Under the pieces are notes generated by a model. The model saw nothing but the letters and a program-made list of their open reading frames with translations, was not told the origin of the DNA and searched no databases. From the NCBI GenBank assembly GCA_963582725.1, contig CAUZSY010000002.1, forward strand, positions 1-38,519: 38,519 nucleotides of DNA, given 5' to 3'. Every line of letters starts with the position of its first letter. Position 1 is the first letter of the stretch. A program made the position numbers and the translations under genes. This DNA is from Candidatus Thalassarchaeaceae archaeon. Lineage in GTDB: Archaea > Thermoplasmatota > Poseidoniia > Poseidoniales > Thalassarchaeaceae. Below, piece after piece: positions 27,531-35,159 of the stretch.

Positions 27531-27971
27531 GTGAAGGAGAGTGACCGCAGGAGTCGGCCTGTGGAGACCTCCTGCGGCGTCGTGCTGGTCAATCACGACA
27601 GCATCCTGCTGCTCCAGTACCCGCAGGGTCACTGGGGTTTTCCCAAGGGACACGTCGAGGCGATAGACGCCGACCACGAGGCGACTGCTCTGCGGGAACT
27701 ATCGGAAGAGACAGGCATCAATGATGTGAGCCTGATCACGGCATGGCGGGAGCGGACGGAGTACACATTCCAGAAGAGCGGTCGGCGAGTCACCAAGCAG
27801 GTGCATTGGTTCCTCGGCGACACGCGCAGATTCGATGTTCGTCTGAGCCATGAACATCACAACCACCTATGGCTGACCTGGGGGGAGGCGAAAGAGCAGC
27901 TGACATTCGACACGGAACGGCTGGTGCTGGCTTCAGCCAAGCGGCGGCACGATGTGGCGCACGGGCGTTGA
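27531..27971 (+). CDS. Nudix hydrolase, Ap4A-hydrolase (NUDT2)/RppH-like
   Basis: Nudix box GHVEAIDADHEATALRELSEETGI preceded by LLLQYPQGHWGFPKGH, which closely matches the NUDT2-type context. GTG 27531 follows GGTGGGGGAGGG. An alternative start is GTG 27561. The track ORF start 27399 overlaps the DHH gene and is unlikely. Confidence 0.87.
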   Translation: MKESDRRSRPVETSCGVVLVNHDSILLLQYPQGHWGFPKGHVEAIDADHEATALRELSEETGINDVSLITAWRERTEYTFQKSGRRVTKQVHWFLGDTRRFDVRLSHEHHNHLWLTWGEAKEQLTFDTERLVLASAKRRHDVAHGR

Positions 27972-28601
27972 TCAGTCGCGTTTCCCTATCGGAGTCCAGA
28001 GCACCTCGTCCTCGTCCAGCGTCAGCGTCAGGACGCGAGACAGCACGAACAACCAGTCGCTGAGGCGGTTCAGATAGGCTACCACGACATCGCGCACGGC
28101 CGCCTCATCCTCCTCGCGCAGCCGACAGACCCCTCGTTCACACCGTCTAGCTACGGTTCTCGCCAGATGCAACGTCGCGACCACGGCTGAGCCGGCCGGT
28201 AGGATGAACGATTCCAGCGGTTTCAAACCCTCATTCCAAGTGTCCATCTCATCGACCAGCCTGTCGGCCTGTTCGGAGCCTATCAGTCCCATCTTGGCCG
28301 GCAGTCCGGCGGGCGTACCGGCGAGTTCCGCGCCGACATCGAACAGTTCCTGCTGAACCGTCTCCAGTGGCTGTCGGGCGATATTCAATGCTCTCCGCAC
28401 CGTCGCTCGCTCGCCACCGTCACGGTGAGTTCTCGGAATCCTCTCCAATTCCATTCTCACGATGCCGATCAGGGCATTCAACTCGTCGACAGCGCCGTAG
28501 GCTTCGACCCGTGGATGGGCCTTCGATACCCGTTCACCGGTCAGCAAACTGGTTTCACCGGCATCACCGCCACCCGTGTGAACTCTAGTGATCCGCACCA
28601 T
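27972..28601 (-). CDS. pduO: ATP:cob(I)alamin adenosyltransferase, PduO/MMAB type
   Basis: N-terminus MVRITRVHTGGGDAGETSLLTGERVSKAHPRVEAYGAVDELNALIG is the family signature. Helical-bundle remainder of 209 aa. Confidence 0.92.
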   Translation of the reverse strand: MVRITRVHTGGGDAGETSLLTGERVSKAHPRVEAYGAVDELNALIGIVRMELERIPRTHRDGGERATVRRALNIARQPLETVQQELFDVGAELAGTPAGLPAKMGLIGSEQADRLVDEMDTWNEGLKPLESFILPAGSAVVATLHLARTVARRCERGVCRLREEDEAAVRDVVVAYLNRLSDWLFVLSRVLTLTLDEDEVLWTPIGKRD

Positions 28602-28629
28602 CTCGTTCGGCCGAAGCGGCGCCGCGCCT

Positions 28630-29019
28630 TCAATCCCCGCTCGCCTGCGCCGCGTGCGCGGCCGAGAACCGGCCCGACACCCTGTTCGACAACCAGACGA
28701 GCACGACGACCCATGTGATCAGCTCGACGATCACCACGACCGACGCCAACGGTCCGAGGGCATCGAGCATCACGGCGGCGTCGAAAGGCTGGCCGTGCAG
28801 TCCCATCCAGAACGATTGGAAAAGCAGATTCGCGCTTATCCAGATTCCTATCACAGCGCCGAACCGCTGACCATTTGTCCAGCGGGCGCCGAGTTCCTCT
28901 TCGTATCTCATCTGGTGTGAAAAGCGCTTCGCAGCCTTATCAAACCCTCTGCTAAATGTTCGTACAATTGTCGATTTCGCGCTAAAATCGAATGAGTCAG
29001 ATGATTCCATAATGACCAC
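28630..29019 (-). CDS. Small membrane protein (two predicted helices), unknown function
   Basis: Helices FGAVIGIWISANLLFQSFWMGL and LASVVVIVELITWVVVLVWL. The first ~36 codons lie in a low-GC patch, so the true start may be Met37 (ATG 28911). Confidence 0.5.
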   Translation of the reverse strand: MVIMESSDSFDFSAKSTIVRTFSRGFDKAAKRFSHQMRYEEELGARWTNGQRFGAVIGIWISANLLFQSFWMGLHGQPFDAAVMLDALGPLASVVVIVELITWVVVLVWLSNRVSGRFSAAHAAQASGD

Positions 29020-29074
29020 GGGGACATTCAGAATCCGATGCCAGATCGCGTTCAGCGACCGTTCTGATATCTCC

Positions 29075-29806
29075 TCACTCCTCGCCCGTCATAGGTGAGG
29101 CCGCCGGCGTCATGCGATTGGAACGGAGAGCGGAGTCGATGGCGGCGATCCAATCCACTTCTATGGCCGACCAGCCACCGTGCCGGCGCAGCCTCACTAG
29201 ATGAGACTCGAGCGCCGCCTCATTTCCGGCGGCAGCATGGATACGGCAGAGCGCCGCCTGCGACATCGCGTCGAGGAAATGGTCCTCTTCGTCCCAGGCT
29301 CGCTCGAAGCAGGCGATGGCACCGTTCGGACCCCCTATCAGTCCACGCTGCAACTGCAGCAGGCCGGCCTGTGACCAGGCTATCCCGGGCACCCCGATCA
29401 CCAGACCTCGGAAGCAGAGGTAGATCGAGAGCATGACCAACAGTGACGTGAGGACGAAAGCAGCGAGTTGCTGAATGACGGACTGCTCCGTCCAATCGCC
29501 GGCGAAAAGGGTGATGGCACCGGTCGCGAACAGGATGCTGGCCAGAGGTGCGACGACGACATCGCGTTTCGACTGACCCATCAGTCGGCTGCCGATCAGG
29601 GTCGATACCATGCCGATGCCCAGAGCCAGCACCATCGGCACCCGCGGCTCGGTCGGTCGCGGTCCGCTGGCTGCGACGAGCAGCAGTCCGGCGGTCAGCA
29701 GGCAGGCAGTGGCGAAGCCTCTGGCATATCGTGGGAACGGTTGGCGACGCCCGTACCACAGGGCCGTGACGCCGATGCCGCTGAACAGTGCGATCCAGAC
29801 CTGCAT
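29075..29806 (-). CDS. Membrane protein (about five helices) with a C-terminal soluble helical (TPR-like) domain, unknown function
   Basis: 243-aa ORF with hydrophobic segments VWIALFSGIGVTALWY, ATACLLTAGLLLVAA, MVLALGIGMVSTLIG, LASILFATGAITLFA and LAAFVLTSLLVMLSIYLCF. These are followed by ...AIACFERAWDEEDHFLDAMSQAALCRIHAAAGNEAAL. Confidence 0.65.
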   Translation of the reverse strand: MQVWIALFSGIGVTALWYGRRQPFPRYARGFATACLLTAGLLLVAASGPRPTEPRVPMVLALGIGMVSTLIGSRLMGQSKRDVVVAPLASILFATGAITLFAGDWTEQSVIQQLAAFVLTSLLVMLSIYLCFRGLVIGVPGIAWSQAGLLQLQRGLIGGPNGAIACFERAWDEEDHFLDAMSQAALCRIHAAAGNEAALESHLVRLRRHGGWSAIEVDWIAAIDSALRSNRMTPAASPMTGEE

Positions 29807-29859
29807 GGCAGCCTCAGACCGTCTTCGGCAGCCAGCCGGTCATCAATTGTCGCATACCG

Positions 29860-30054
29860 TCAGCAGCCACCGCCAGCCTCAGCGACCGGTGGGCATGGCC
29901 GGTCGCCATAGGAGCAGAACACACAGCAGTCACCGGGCAGTGGTTTCATCATGAGGCCGCAGAATTCGCATTCGTGGAAGAACAGACATCGGTCGACGGG
30001 CATCTCCAGGGTGCTGTCGGCAGCACATGAGGGACATGTGAGAACCGCCAGCAT
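29860..30054 (-). CDS. GDCCVxC-domain cysteine-rich (metal-binding type) small protein
   Basis: LTCPSC...DRCLFFHECEFCG...KPLPGDCCVFCSYGDRPCPP matches the GDCCVxC (seleno)protein family signature. This is the Cys-Cys version (TGC TGT), with no in-frame TGA. I chose Met27 of the track ORF because its ATG overlaps the upstream stop (TGATG). Confidence 0.8.
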   Translation of the reverse strand: MLAVLTCPSCAADSTLEMPVDRCLFFHECEFCGLMMKPLPGDCCVFCSYGDRPCPPVAEAGGGC

Positions 30055-30386
30055 CAATACTCCCCCAACGATTCCTCGCCAGCCCGCCAGCCCGGCTTCC
30101 AGAACTCCTCGTCGTCGAGCCATTTCAGCCACTCGTCAGCATCCGCACGGAGCAACCTGAACGCGCGCCGGTCGAGACCCTCCAACAGGCCCTCATCGAC
30201 CTCCTCAAGGCCGTGAGCCGCGGTCCATTCGACCTGCATCTGCCTGACCAGTCGCTGGCCTTCGGTGTGATTGTCGAAGCAGCGCTCACACGCCTCGCGC
30301 ATGTCCTGGAGCCAGCCGCCGGTGCCACGCATGTGCGGATCATCACTGGTGCTCTGCCGCTGCCTCCCGAACGGCCACCAACCCAT
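30054..30386 (-). CDS. Hypothetical acidic Trp-rich protein with a CxxC motif, translationally coupled to the GDCCVxC gene
   Basis: 110-aa ORF containing MREACERCFDNH and ...DEWLKWLDDEEFWKPGW. Its stop overlaps the downstream ATG by 1 nt. I recognise no family. Alternative starts are Met19 and Met29. Confidence 0.5.
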   Translation of the reverse strand: MGWWPFGRQRQSTSDDPHMRGTGGWLQDMREACERCFDNHTEGQRLVRQMQVEWTAAHGLEEVDEGLLEGLDRRAFRLLRADADEWLKWLDDEEFWKPGWRAGEESLGEY

Positions 30387-30456
30387 GTGCCGCCGTGCCG
30401 CCGATAGAAGGAGAACCTTTCCGAACGCTCATGACCGGGGAGGGGTTGACAGTGAC

Positions 30457-30894
30457 ATGGGCCGCATTGTGGTGCACACGCACGGCCGGGCGCGTGAGAG
30501 GGCGTATGCCGAACTGGTGACGATGTACGCCGACCGGCTGCGCCAGCGAGGAGTCAGGCTCGAGGCCCATGCTGCCAGACTGACGCACGACGAATACGCT
30601 GACCTCCTCGAGATCGCGGCCGAAGGCTCCTCTCTGTTGCTGCTGGATGAGAACGGCGAGGCGGGCTCGACCGCCTCGTTCGTCCAGCGTTGGCGGGACT
30701 GGCGGCTCGGCTCGGAGACCGTACATCTGGCTGTCGGGCCGGTCGACGGCTTCGAGCAGTCGGTGCTGAGCCGACACCAGACACTCTCGCTGGGACCGCT
30801 GACGATGACCTACGAGATGGCGACCGTCGTGCTGCTGGAGCAGCTGTACAGGGCCAGCGAGATCGAGCGAGGCAGCCCCTATCATCGCGATTGA
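30457..30894 (+). CDS. rlmH: 23S rRNA (pseudouridine-N3)-methyltransferase RlmH (SPOUT family)
   Basis: 145 aa from Met63 of the track ORF, with GGGGAGGGG upstream. Motifs LLLLDENGE, HLAVGPVDGF and the C-terminal knot LSLGPLTMTYEMATVVLLEQLYRA...GSPYHR. Confidence 0.87.
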   Translation: MGRIVVHTHGRARERAYAELVTMYADRLRQRGVRLEAHAARLTHDEYADLLEIAAEGSSLLLLDENGEAGSTASFVQRWRDWRLGSETVHLAVGPVDGFEQSVLSRHQTLSLGPLTMTYEMATVVLLEQLYRASEIERGSPYHRD

Positions 30895-30958
30895 CCGAAG
30901 GCGGGATGGTGCTCAAACAAGTCGATCGGAACCATAGATGCTATCTCGGAGGGCAGGC

Positions 30959-30976
30959 CGGCTGCGGTGGCAGCCG
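30959..30976. terminator. 7-bp GC-rich hairpin (CGGCTGC-GGTG-GCAGCCG) in the convergent rlmH/maeB gap
   Basis: A perfect inverted repeat seen directly, followed by TTCT. Archaeal termination usually relies on T-tracts, so any function is speculative. Confidence 0.2.
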
Positions 30977-31001
30977 TTCTCGTGAATAATTACAGCATCG
31001 A

Positions 31002-33287
31002 TCATTCGATGTGCTGGCGATTTCGTCGCTGTGCATCGACCGCGCAGAAAGCCGTCATGTGGATGACATCTCGAACTCCGTCGCCGCGCTGCAGCACCTG
31101 GACCGGATACGCCATGCCCTGCAGGATGGGCCCGGTCGCCTCGGCGCCGCCGATGCGCTGCAGCAACTTGTAGCCGATGTTGGCGGCTGCTAGATTGGGA
31201 CAGATCAGAATGTTCGCCGGCCCATCGAGGGTCATGAAGGGATACTCGGCCTGGACCTCCGGTACCAGAGCGGTGTCGGCCTGCATTGGACCATCGATGA
31301 TGAGGGTCGGTTCCTCTGCCCGGACTATCTCGATTGCATCCTCTATCCTCTTACTGCGCTTGGCACTCGCTGAGCCGAAGTTCGAGAACGACAGCATCGC
31401 CACGCTCGGCTCGACGCCGAGACGGCGGGCGATCTTGGCGGTCTGGATGGCTATCTCCGCCAAGGTGGCGGCATCGGGGTAGATGTTGATGGTCGCATCG
31501 CCGATGAAGTATACCTGTCCTTTCACGGTGACCATGTAACTGCCGACCAGTCGCTCTACCCCATCCTCCGTGCCGAGCGTCTGCAGACATGGTCGGAGGA
31601 TGTCAGGGTAGTGTCGGTTGATGCCACCGACCAGGCCATCGGCATCACCCTCGGCGACCATCAGCGAGCCGAAGTAGGTGCGCGAGCGGAGCAGCCGAAT
31701 GGCATCAGCCCTGGTCACTCCCTTGCGGGCTCGACCCTCCGCCAGCGCTTCGGCATACCTCCCCTTGCGCCTCGGGTCCTCCCTGACATCGATGCAGGTG
31801 CATTCGAATTCGAGACCGAGTTCCTCCTTGATGTCCTCGATGGTCGAGATCCTGCCGAGCAGGATGGGGATGCATATGCCCTGACGGATGCACTCGAAGG
31901 CAGCCTTGACGACGGTTGGATGATCGCCCTCCGTGAAGACGATCCGCTTCGGGTCACGACGCGCTCTGTCGATGACCGTACGCATGATCGAACGGGTCAG
32001 TCCGAGCCTGCTCTCCAACTCCTTGCGATACACCTTGACATCGAACTGTTCCTCCGAAACGGCCGCGATCCCCTCCGCCACCGCCGCCTCCGCGACGGCA
32101 CTCGCCTCCCAGATGAGAACCCGTTCATCAAACGGTGTCGGGATGATGTAGTCGCGGCCGAACTGGAGATTGGCACCACCGTAGGCCGCCGCGACGTGGT
32201 CTGGAACCGGTTGCTTCGCCAGTGCTGCGAGCGCCTTGGTCGCCGCCATCTTCATGCTCTCGGTGATCTTGCTGGCTCGGACATCGAGAGCGCCTCGGAA
32301 TATGTACGGGAAGCCGAGCACATTGTTGATCTGGTTCGGGTAGTCCGACCGTCCGGTCGCGATGATGGCGTCGCTGCGCACGGCAGCGACCTCTTCTGGC
32401 ATGATCTCCGGGGTGGGGTTGGCGAGCGCGAAGACCAGTGGATCAGCCGCCATCGATGCGATCATCTCGGATGATATCACGCCGCCTCTCGACAGTCCCA
32501 GCATGACATCGGCATCGACCAGCGCCTCGGCCGGGCCGCCGGCCGGGACATCCCGCGCGAACACCGCCTTGTACTCGTTCAGATCTCCTGACGCCAGTCG
32601 TGCCTCCGTGACGATGCCACCGGAATCACACAGTAGCAGGTTCTCCGCTCGGACTCCGAGTCGCAGATAGTGGGCGGCGCAGGAGAGGGCCGAGGCGCCA
32701 GCGCCGATGATGACGACCTTGACCTCGTCGATCTGCTTGTCGACGACCTCCAGACCGTTCAGCAGCGCGGCACCGGAGATGATCGCCGTGCCGTGCTGGT
32801 CGTCATGCATGATGGGCAGGTCGACCTCCTCGATCAGGCGGCGTTCGATCTCGAAGCATTCCGGCGCCTTGATGTCCTCCAGATTGATGCCACCGAAAGT
32901 CGGGGCTATCCGCTTGACGGTCTCGACGAACTCGTCGATGTCGGTCGCGTCGACCTCGATGTCGAACACGTTGATGTCGGCGAACGCCTTGAACAGCAGC
33001 CCCTTGCCCTCCATCACCGGTTTGCCGGCCAGCGCCCCTATGTCACCGAGGCCGAGCACCGCCGTGCCATTGCTGATGACGGCGACCAGATTGCCCTTGG
33101 CGGTGTACTTGTACGCGTCCGACGGGTTTTTCTGGATCTCCAAGCATGGGTAGGCGACTCCGGGTGAATAGGCGAGCGACAGTTCTCGTTGTGTCGAATG
33201 CGGCTTCGTCGGCTCGACGGTCAACTTGCCGGCCGGCTCCTGAGCGTGGTATTCGAGGGCATCCTTGCGCAGTCTCTCATCCACCAA
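31002..33287 (-). CDS. maeB: NADP-dependent malic enzyme, MaeB type (malic enzyme plus phosphotransacetylase-like C-terminal domain)
   Basis: 761 aa. Motifs [46 protein letters not shown] and [15 protein letters not shown]-terminal PTA-like domain of about 330 aa. TTG/GTG start. Confidence 0.95.
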   Translation of the reverse strand: MVDERLRKDALEYHAQEPAGKLTVEPTKPHSTQRELSLAYSPGVAYPCLEIQKNPSDAYKYTAKGNLVAVISNGTAVLGLGDIGALAGKPVMEGKGLLFKAFADINVFDIEVDATDIDEFVETVKRIAPTFGGINLEDIKAPECFEIERRLIEEVDLPIMHDDQHGTAIISGAALLNGLEVVDKQIDEVKVVIIGAGASALSCAAHYLRLGVRAENLLLCDSGGIVTEARLASGDLNEYKAVFARDVPAGGPAEALVDADVMLGLSRGGVISSEMIASMAADPLVFALANPTPEIMPEEVAAVRSDAIIATGRSDYPNQINNVLGFPYIFRGALDVRASKITESMKMAATKALAALAKQPVPDHVAAAYGGANLQFGRDYIIPTPFDERVLIWEASAVAEAAVAEGIAAVSEEQFDVKVYRKELESRLGLTRSIMRTVIDRARRDPKRIVFTEGDHPTVVKAAFECIRQGICIPILLGRISTIEDIKEELGLEFECTCIDVREDPRRKGRYAEALAEGRARKGVTRADAIRLLRSRTYFGSLMVAEGDADGLVGGINRHYPDILRPCLQTLGTEDGVERLVGSYMVTVKGQVYFIGDATINIYPDAATLAEIAIQTAKIARRLGVEPSVAMLSFSNFGSASAKRSKRIEDAIEIVRAEEPTLIIDGPMQADTALVPEVQAEYPFMTLDGPANILICPNLAAANIGYKLLQRIGGAEATGPILQGMAYPVQVLQRGDGVRDVIHMTAFCAVDAQRRNRQHIE

Positions 33288-33594
33288 TCGCTCACACTCG
33301 CACCTGCCGGCGCTGGCGAGTCGCTATTGGCTTTCGTATCGCGGGGCGTCTGATACGGGGAGTCGGCACCGTTGCCACCGACGCGGACGAGCGCCTGCTC
33401 CAGCCGGTCACGACATCTGGTGCGGTCGGTCACAGCGGAGGGAGGCACCGGAGACAGCGCATGGTGGGGCCCGGACAGCGAATCGGGGGGTCATTCACCC
33501 AACTCGGAATGCTGGCACCGGCTCCTTCGCCACCTCGGCGCAGCCGTGCAACTCATTTGCTCGGACCCCGCCGGCGGAGCGGGAGACGACGACG

Positions 33595-35058
33595 GTGGAC
33601 GGAGAGCGGCAGCAGAGGAGAACCAGGATAATCGCTACGATAGGACCTGCATCATGCGATGATGAGACACTCGGGCGACTGATCGACGAGGGCATCGATG
33701 TCGCCCGGTTGAATTACAGCCACGGCACCCACGAATGGCGTGGTGAACTGGCAGGTAGGATTCGTTCGATAGCCGAGTCCAAAGGCTGCGTCGTCGGCCT
33801 GTTGGCGGACCTTCCAGGCCCGAAACTCCGTCTCGGAGTGTTCGAGGGCGCCCATCAACTCATCTCGGGCAGCGAGGTTAGGCTGATGTGCGGCCTCGAG
33901 GAGATGGACGACACCGATTCGAGCAGACTGCCGGTGCCATACGCCGGACTGGCTGCGGAATTGAGGCCCGGCGACCCGGTGCTGCTCAACGACGGCATCA
34001 TGCGGCTCGAGGTCATCTCGGCCGACGGCGACAGCGGAGAAGTGGTCTGTAAAGTGATAGAGGGTGGCAAGATCACCCAGAGGAAGGGCATCAACGTGCC
34101 CGGCACCGTCGTTCGATTGCCCTCGGTCGGTCCGCGTGACGAGGATGCGCTGGCCCACGCGATCTCGATCGATGTGGACTTCGTCGCGGTGTCGTACGTC
34201 AGGAACGCAGCCGACATCGCGCCCGCCAGGCGGATGTTGAAAGAGGCCGGCTGCCCGGCTCGAATCGTCGCCAAGATAGAGCATCCGTCGGCACTGGCGG
34301 AACTGGATGAGATTCTCGACGTGGCGGATGCGGTGATGGTCGCGCGCGGTGACCTCGGCGTCGAGATCCCACCCGAAGAGGTGCCTCTCGCTCAGGACAG
34401 GATCGTATCGGCAGCGCGCCGTCGTGGCATGCCGGTGATCGTCGCCACCCAGATGCTCGAATCGATGATCGAGGCGGCTCAGCCGACCAGAGCCGAGGTC
34501 AGCGACATCTCGAACGCGATCAGACACGGCGCGACCGGAGTGATGCTGTCGGCCGAGACGGCGGCTGGAGCGCATCCGGTCGAAGCCCTCGCAACGATGC
34601 ACAGGGTGGCCGCTCTGACGGAGGCGGAATGGCCGCCCGCCCTGGCACATCCGGTCGATGCGGATCTCCTGTACACCCGGGCGGTATCATATGCCGGGGT
34701 CGAACTGGCGAGAGCCATCGATGCGGCGAGGTTGCTGGTGGCTACCGAGAGCGGTCACGCGGCTCGCCTCGTTGCTGCCCACGCGCCCGGTCTGCCGGTG
34801 ACCGCGGTGACCTGTTCTTTGAACACGCTGCGACAGATGACGCTCATCCCCGGCGTCGATTCGGTGCTCGTCGAGGAGGCGGATCGGGGCAGCACGACGA
34901 TGGAGTCTGCGCTCAACGAACTGATTCTAGACGGTCGCTTGGCACCCGGTGACAAGGTGGTCGCGATCAGCGGTTCGCCGCACGCGATCAGCGGCTCTAC
35001 CAGCACCGCTCGGCTGTATCACATCGATGATTCTGGCAGCATCGTCGGCGGCGAATGA
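33595..35058 (+). CDS. pyk: Pyruvate kinase
   Basis: Motifs TRIIATIGPAS, ARLNYSHG, IVAKIEHPSAL, MVARGDLGVEIP, ATQMLESM and MLSAETAAG. I chose GTG 33595 (codon 111 of the track ORF), giving 487 aa. The upstream 110 codons are Arg-rich and look non-coding. Confidence 0.88.
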   Translation: MDGERQQRRTRIIATIGPASCDDETLGRLIDEGIDVARLNYSHGTHEWRGELAGRIRSIAESKGCVVGLLADLPGPKLRLGVFEGAHQLISGSEVRLMCGLEEMDDTDSSRLPVPYAGLAAELRPGDPVLLNDGIMRLEVISADGDSGEVVCKVIEGGKITQRKGINVPGTVVRLPSVGPRDEDALAHAISIDVDFVAVSYVRNAADIAPARRMLKEAGCPARIVAKIEHPSALAELDEILDVADAVMVARGDLGVEIPPEEVPLAQDRIVSAARRRGMPVIVATQMLESMIEAAQPTRAEVSDISNAIRHGATGVMLSAETAAGAHPVEALATMHRVAALTEAEWPPALAHPVDADLLYTRAVSYAGVELARAIDAARLLVATESGHAARLVAAHAPGLPVTAVTCSLNTLRQMTLIPGVDSVLVEEADRGSTTMESALNELILDGRLAPGDKVVAISGSPHAISGSTSTARLYHIDDSGSIVGGE

Positions 35059-35159
35059 AACCGATTCACTTCGCCTCTCCGGGCCGAGTTGGTATACGTG
35101 CGCGCGGCCTCGCGCATGGGGCCGCGGTCTTGATAAGCAACTGAAAACGGCTCACGGTC

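Noticed and set aside
33265-33594. 110-codon N-terminal extension of the pyruvate kinase ORF
   Set aside because: The peptide is Arg/His/Cys-rich with no similarity to PK N-termini. It would overlap the maeB start, and canonical PK begins near RTRIIATIGPAS.
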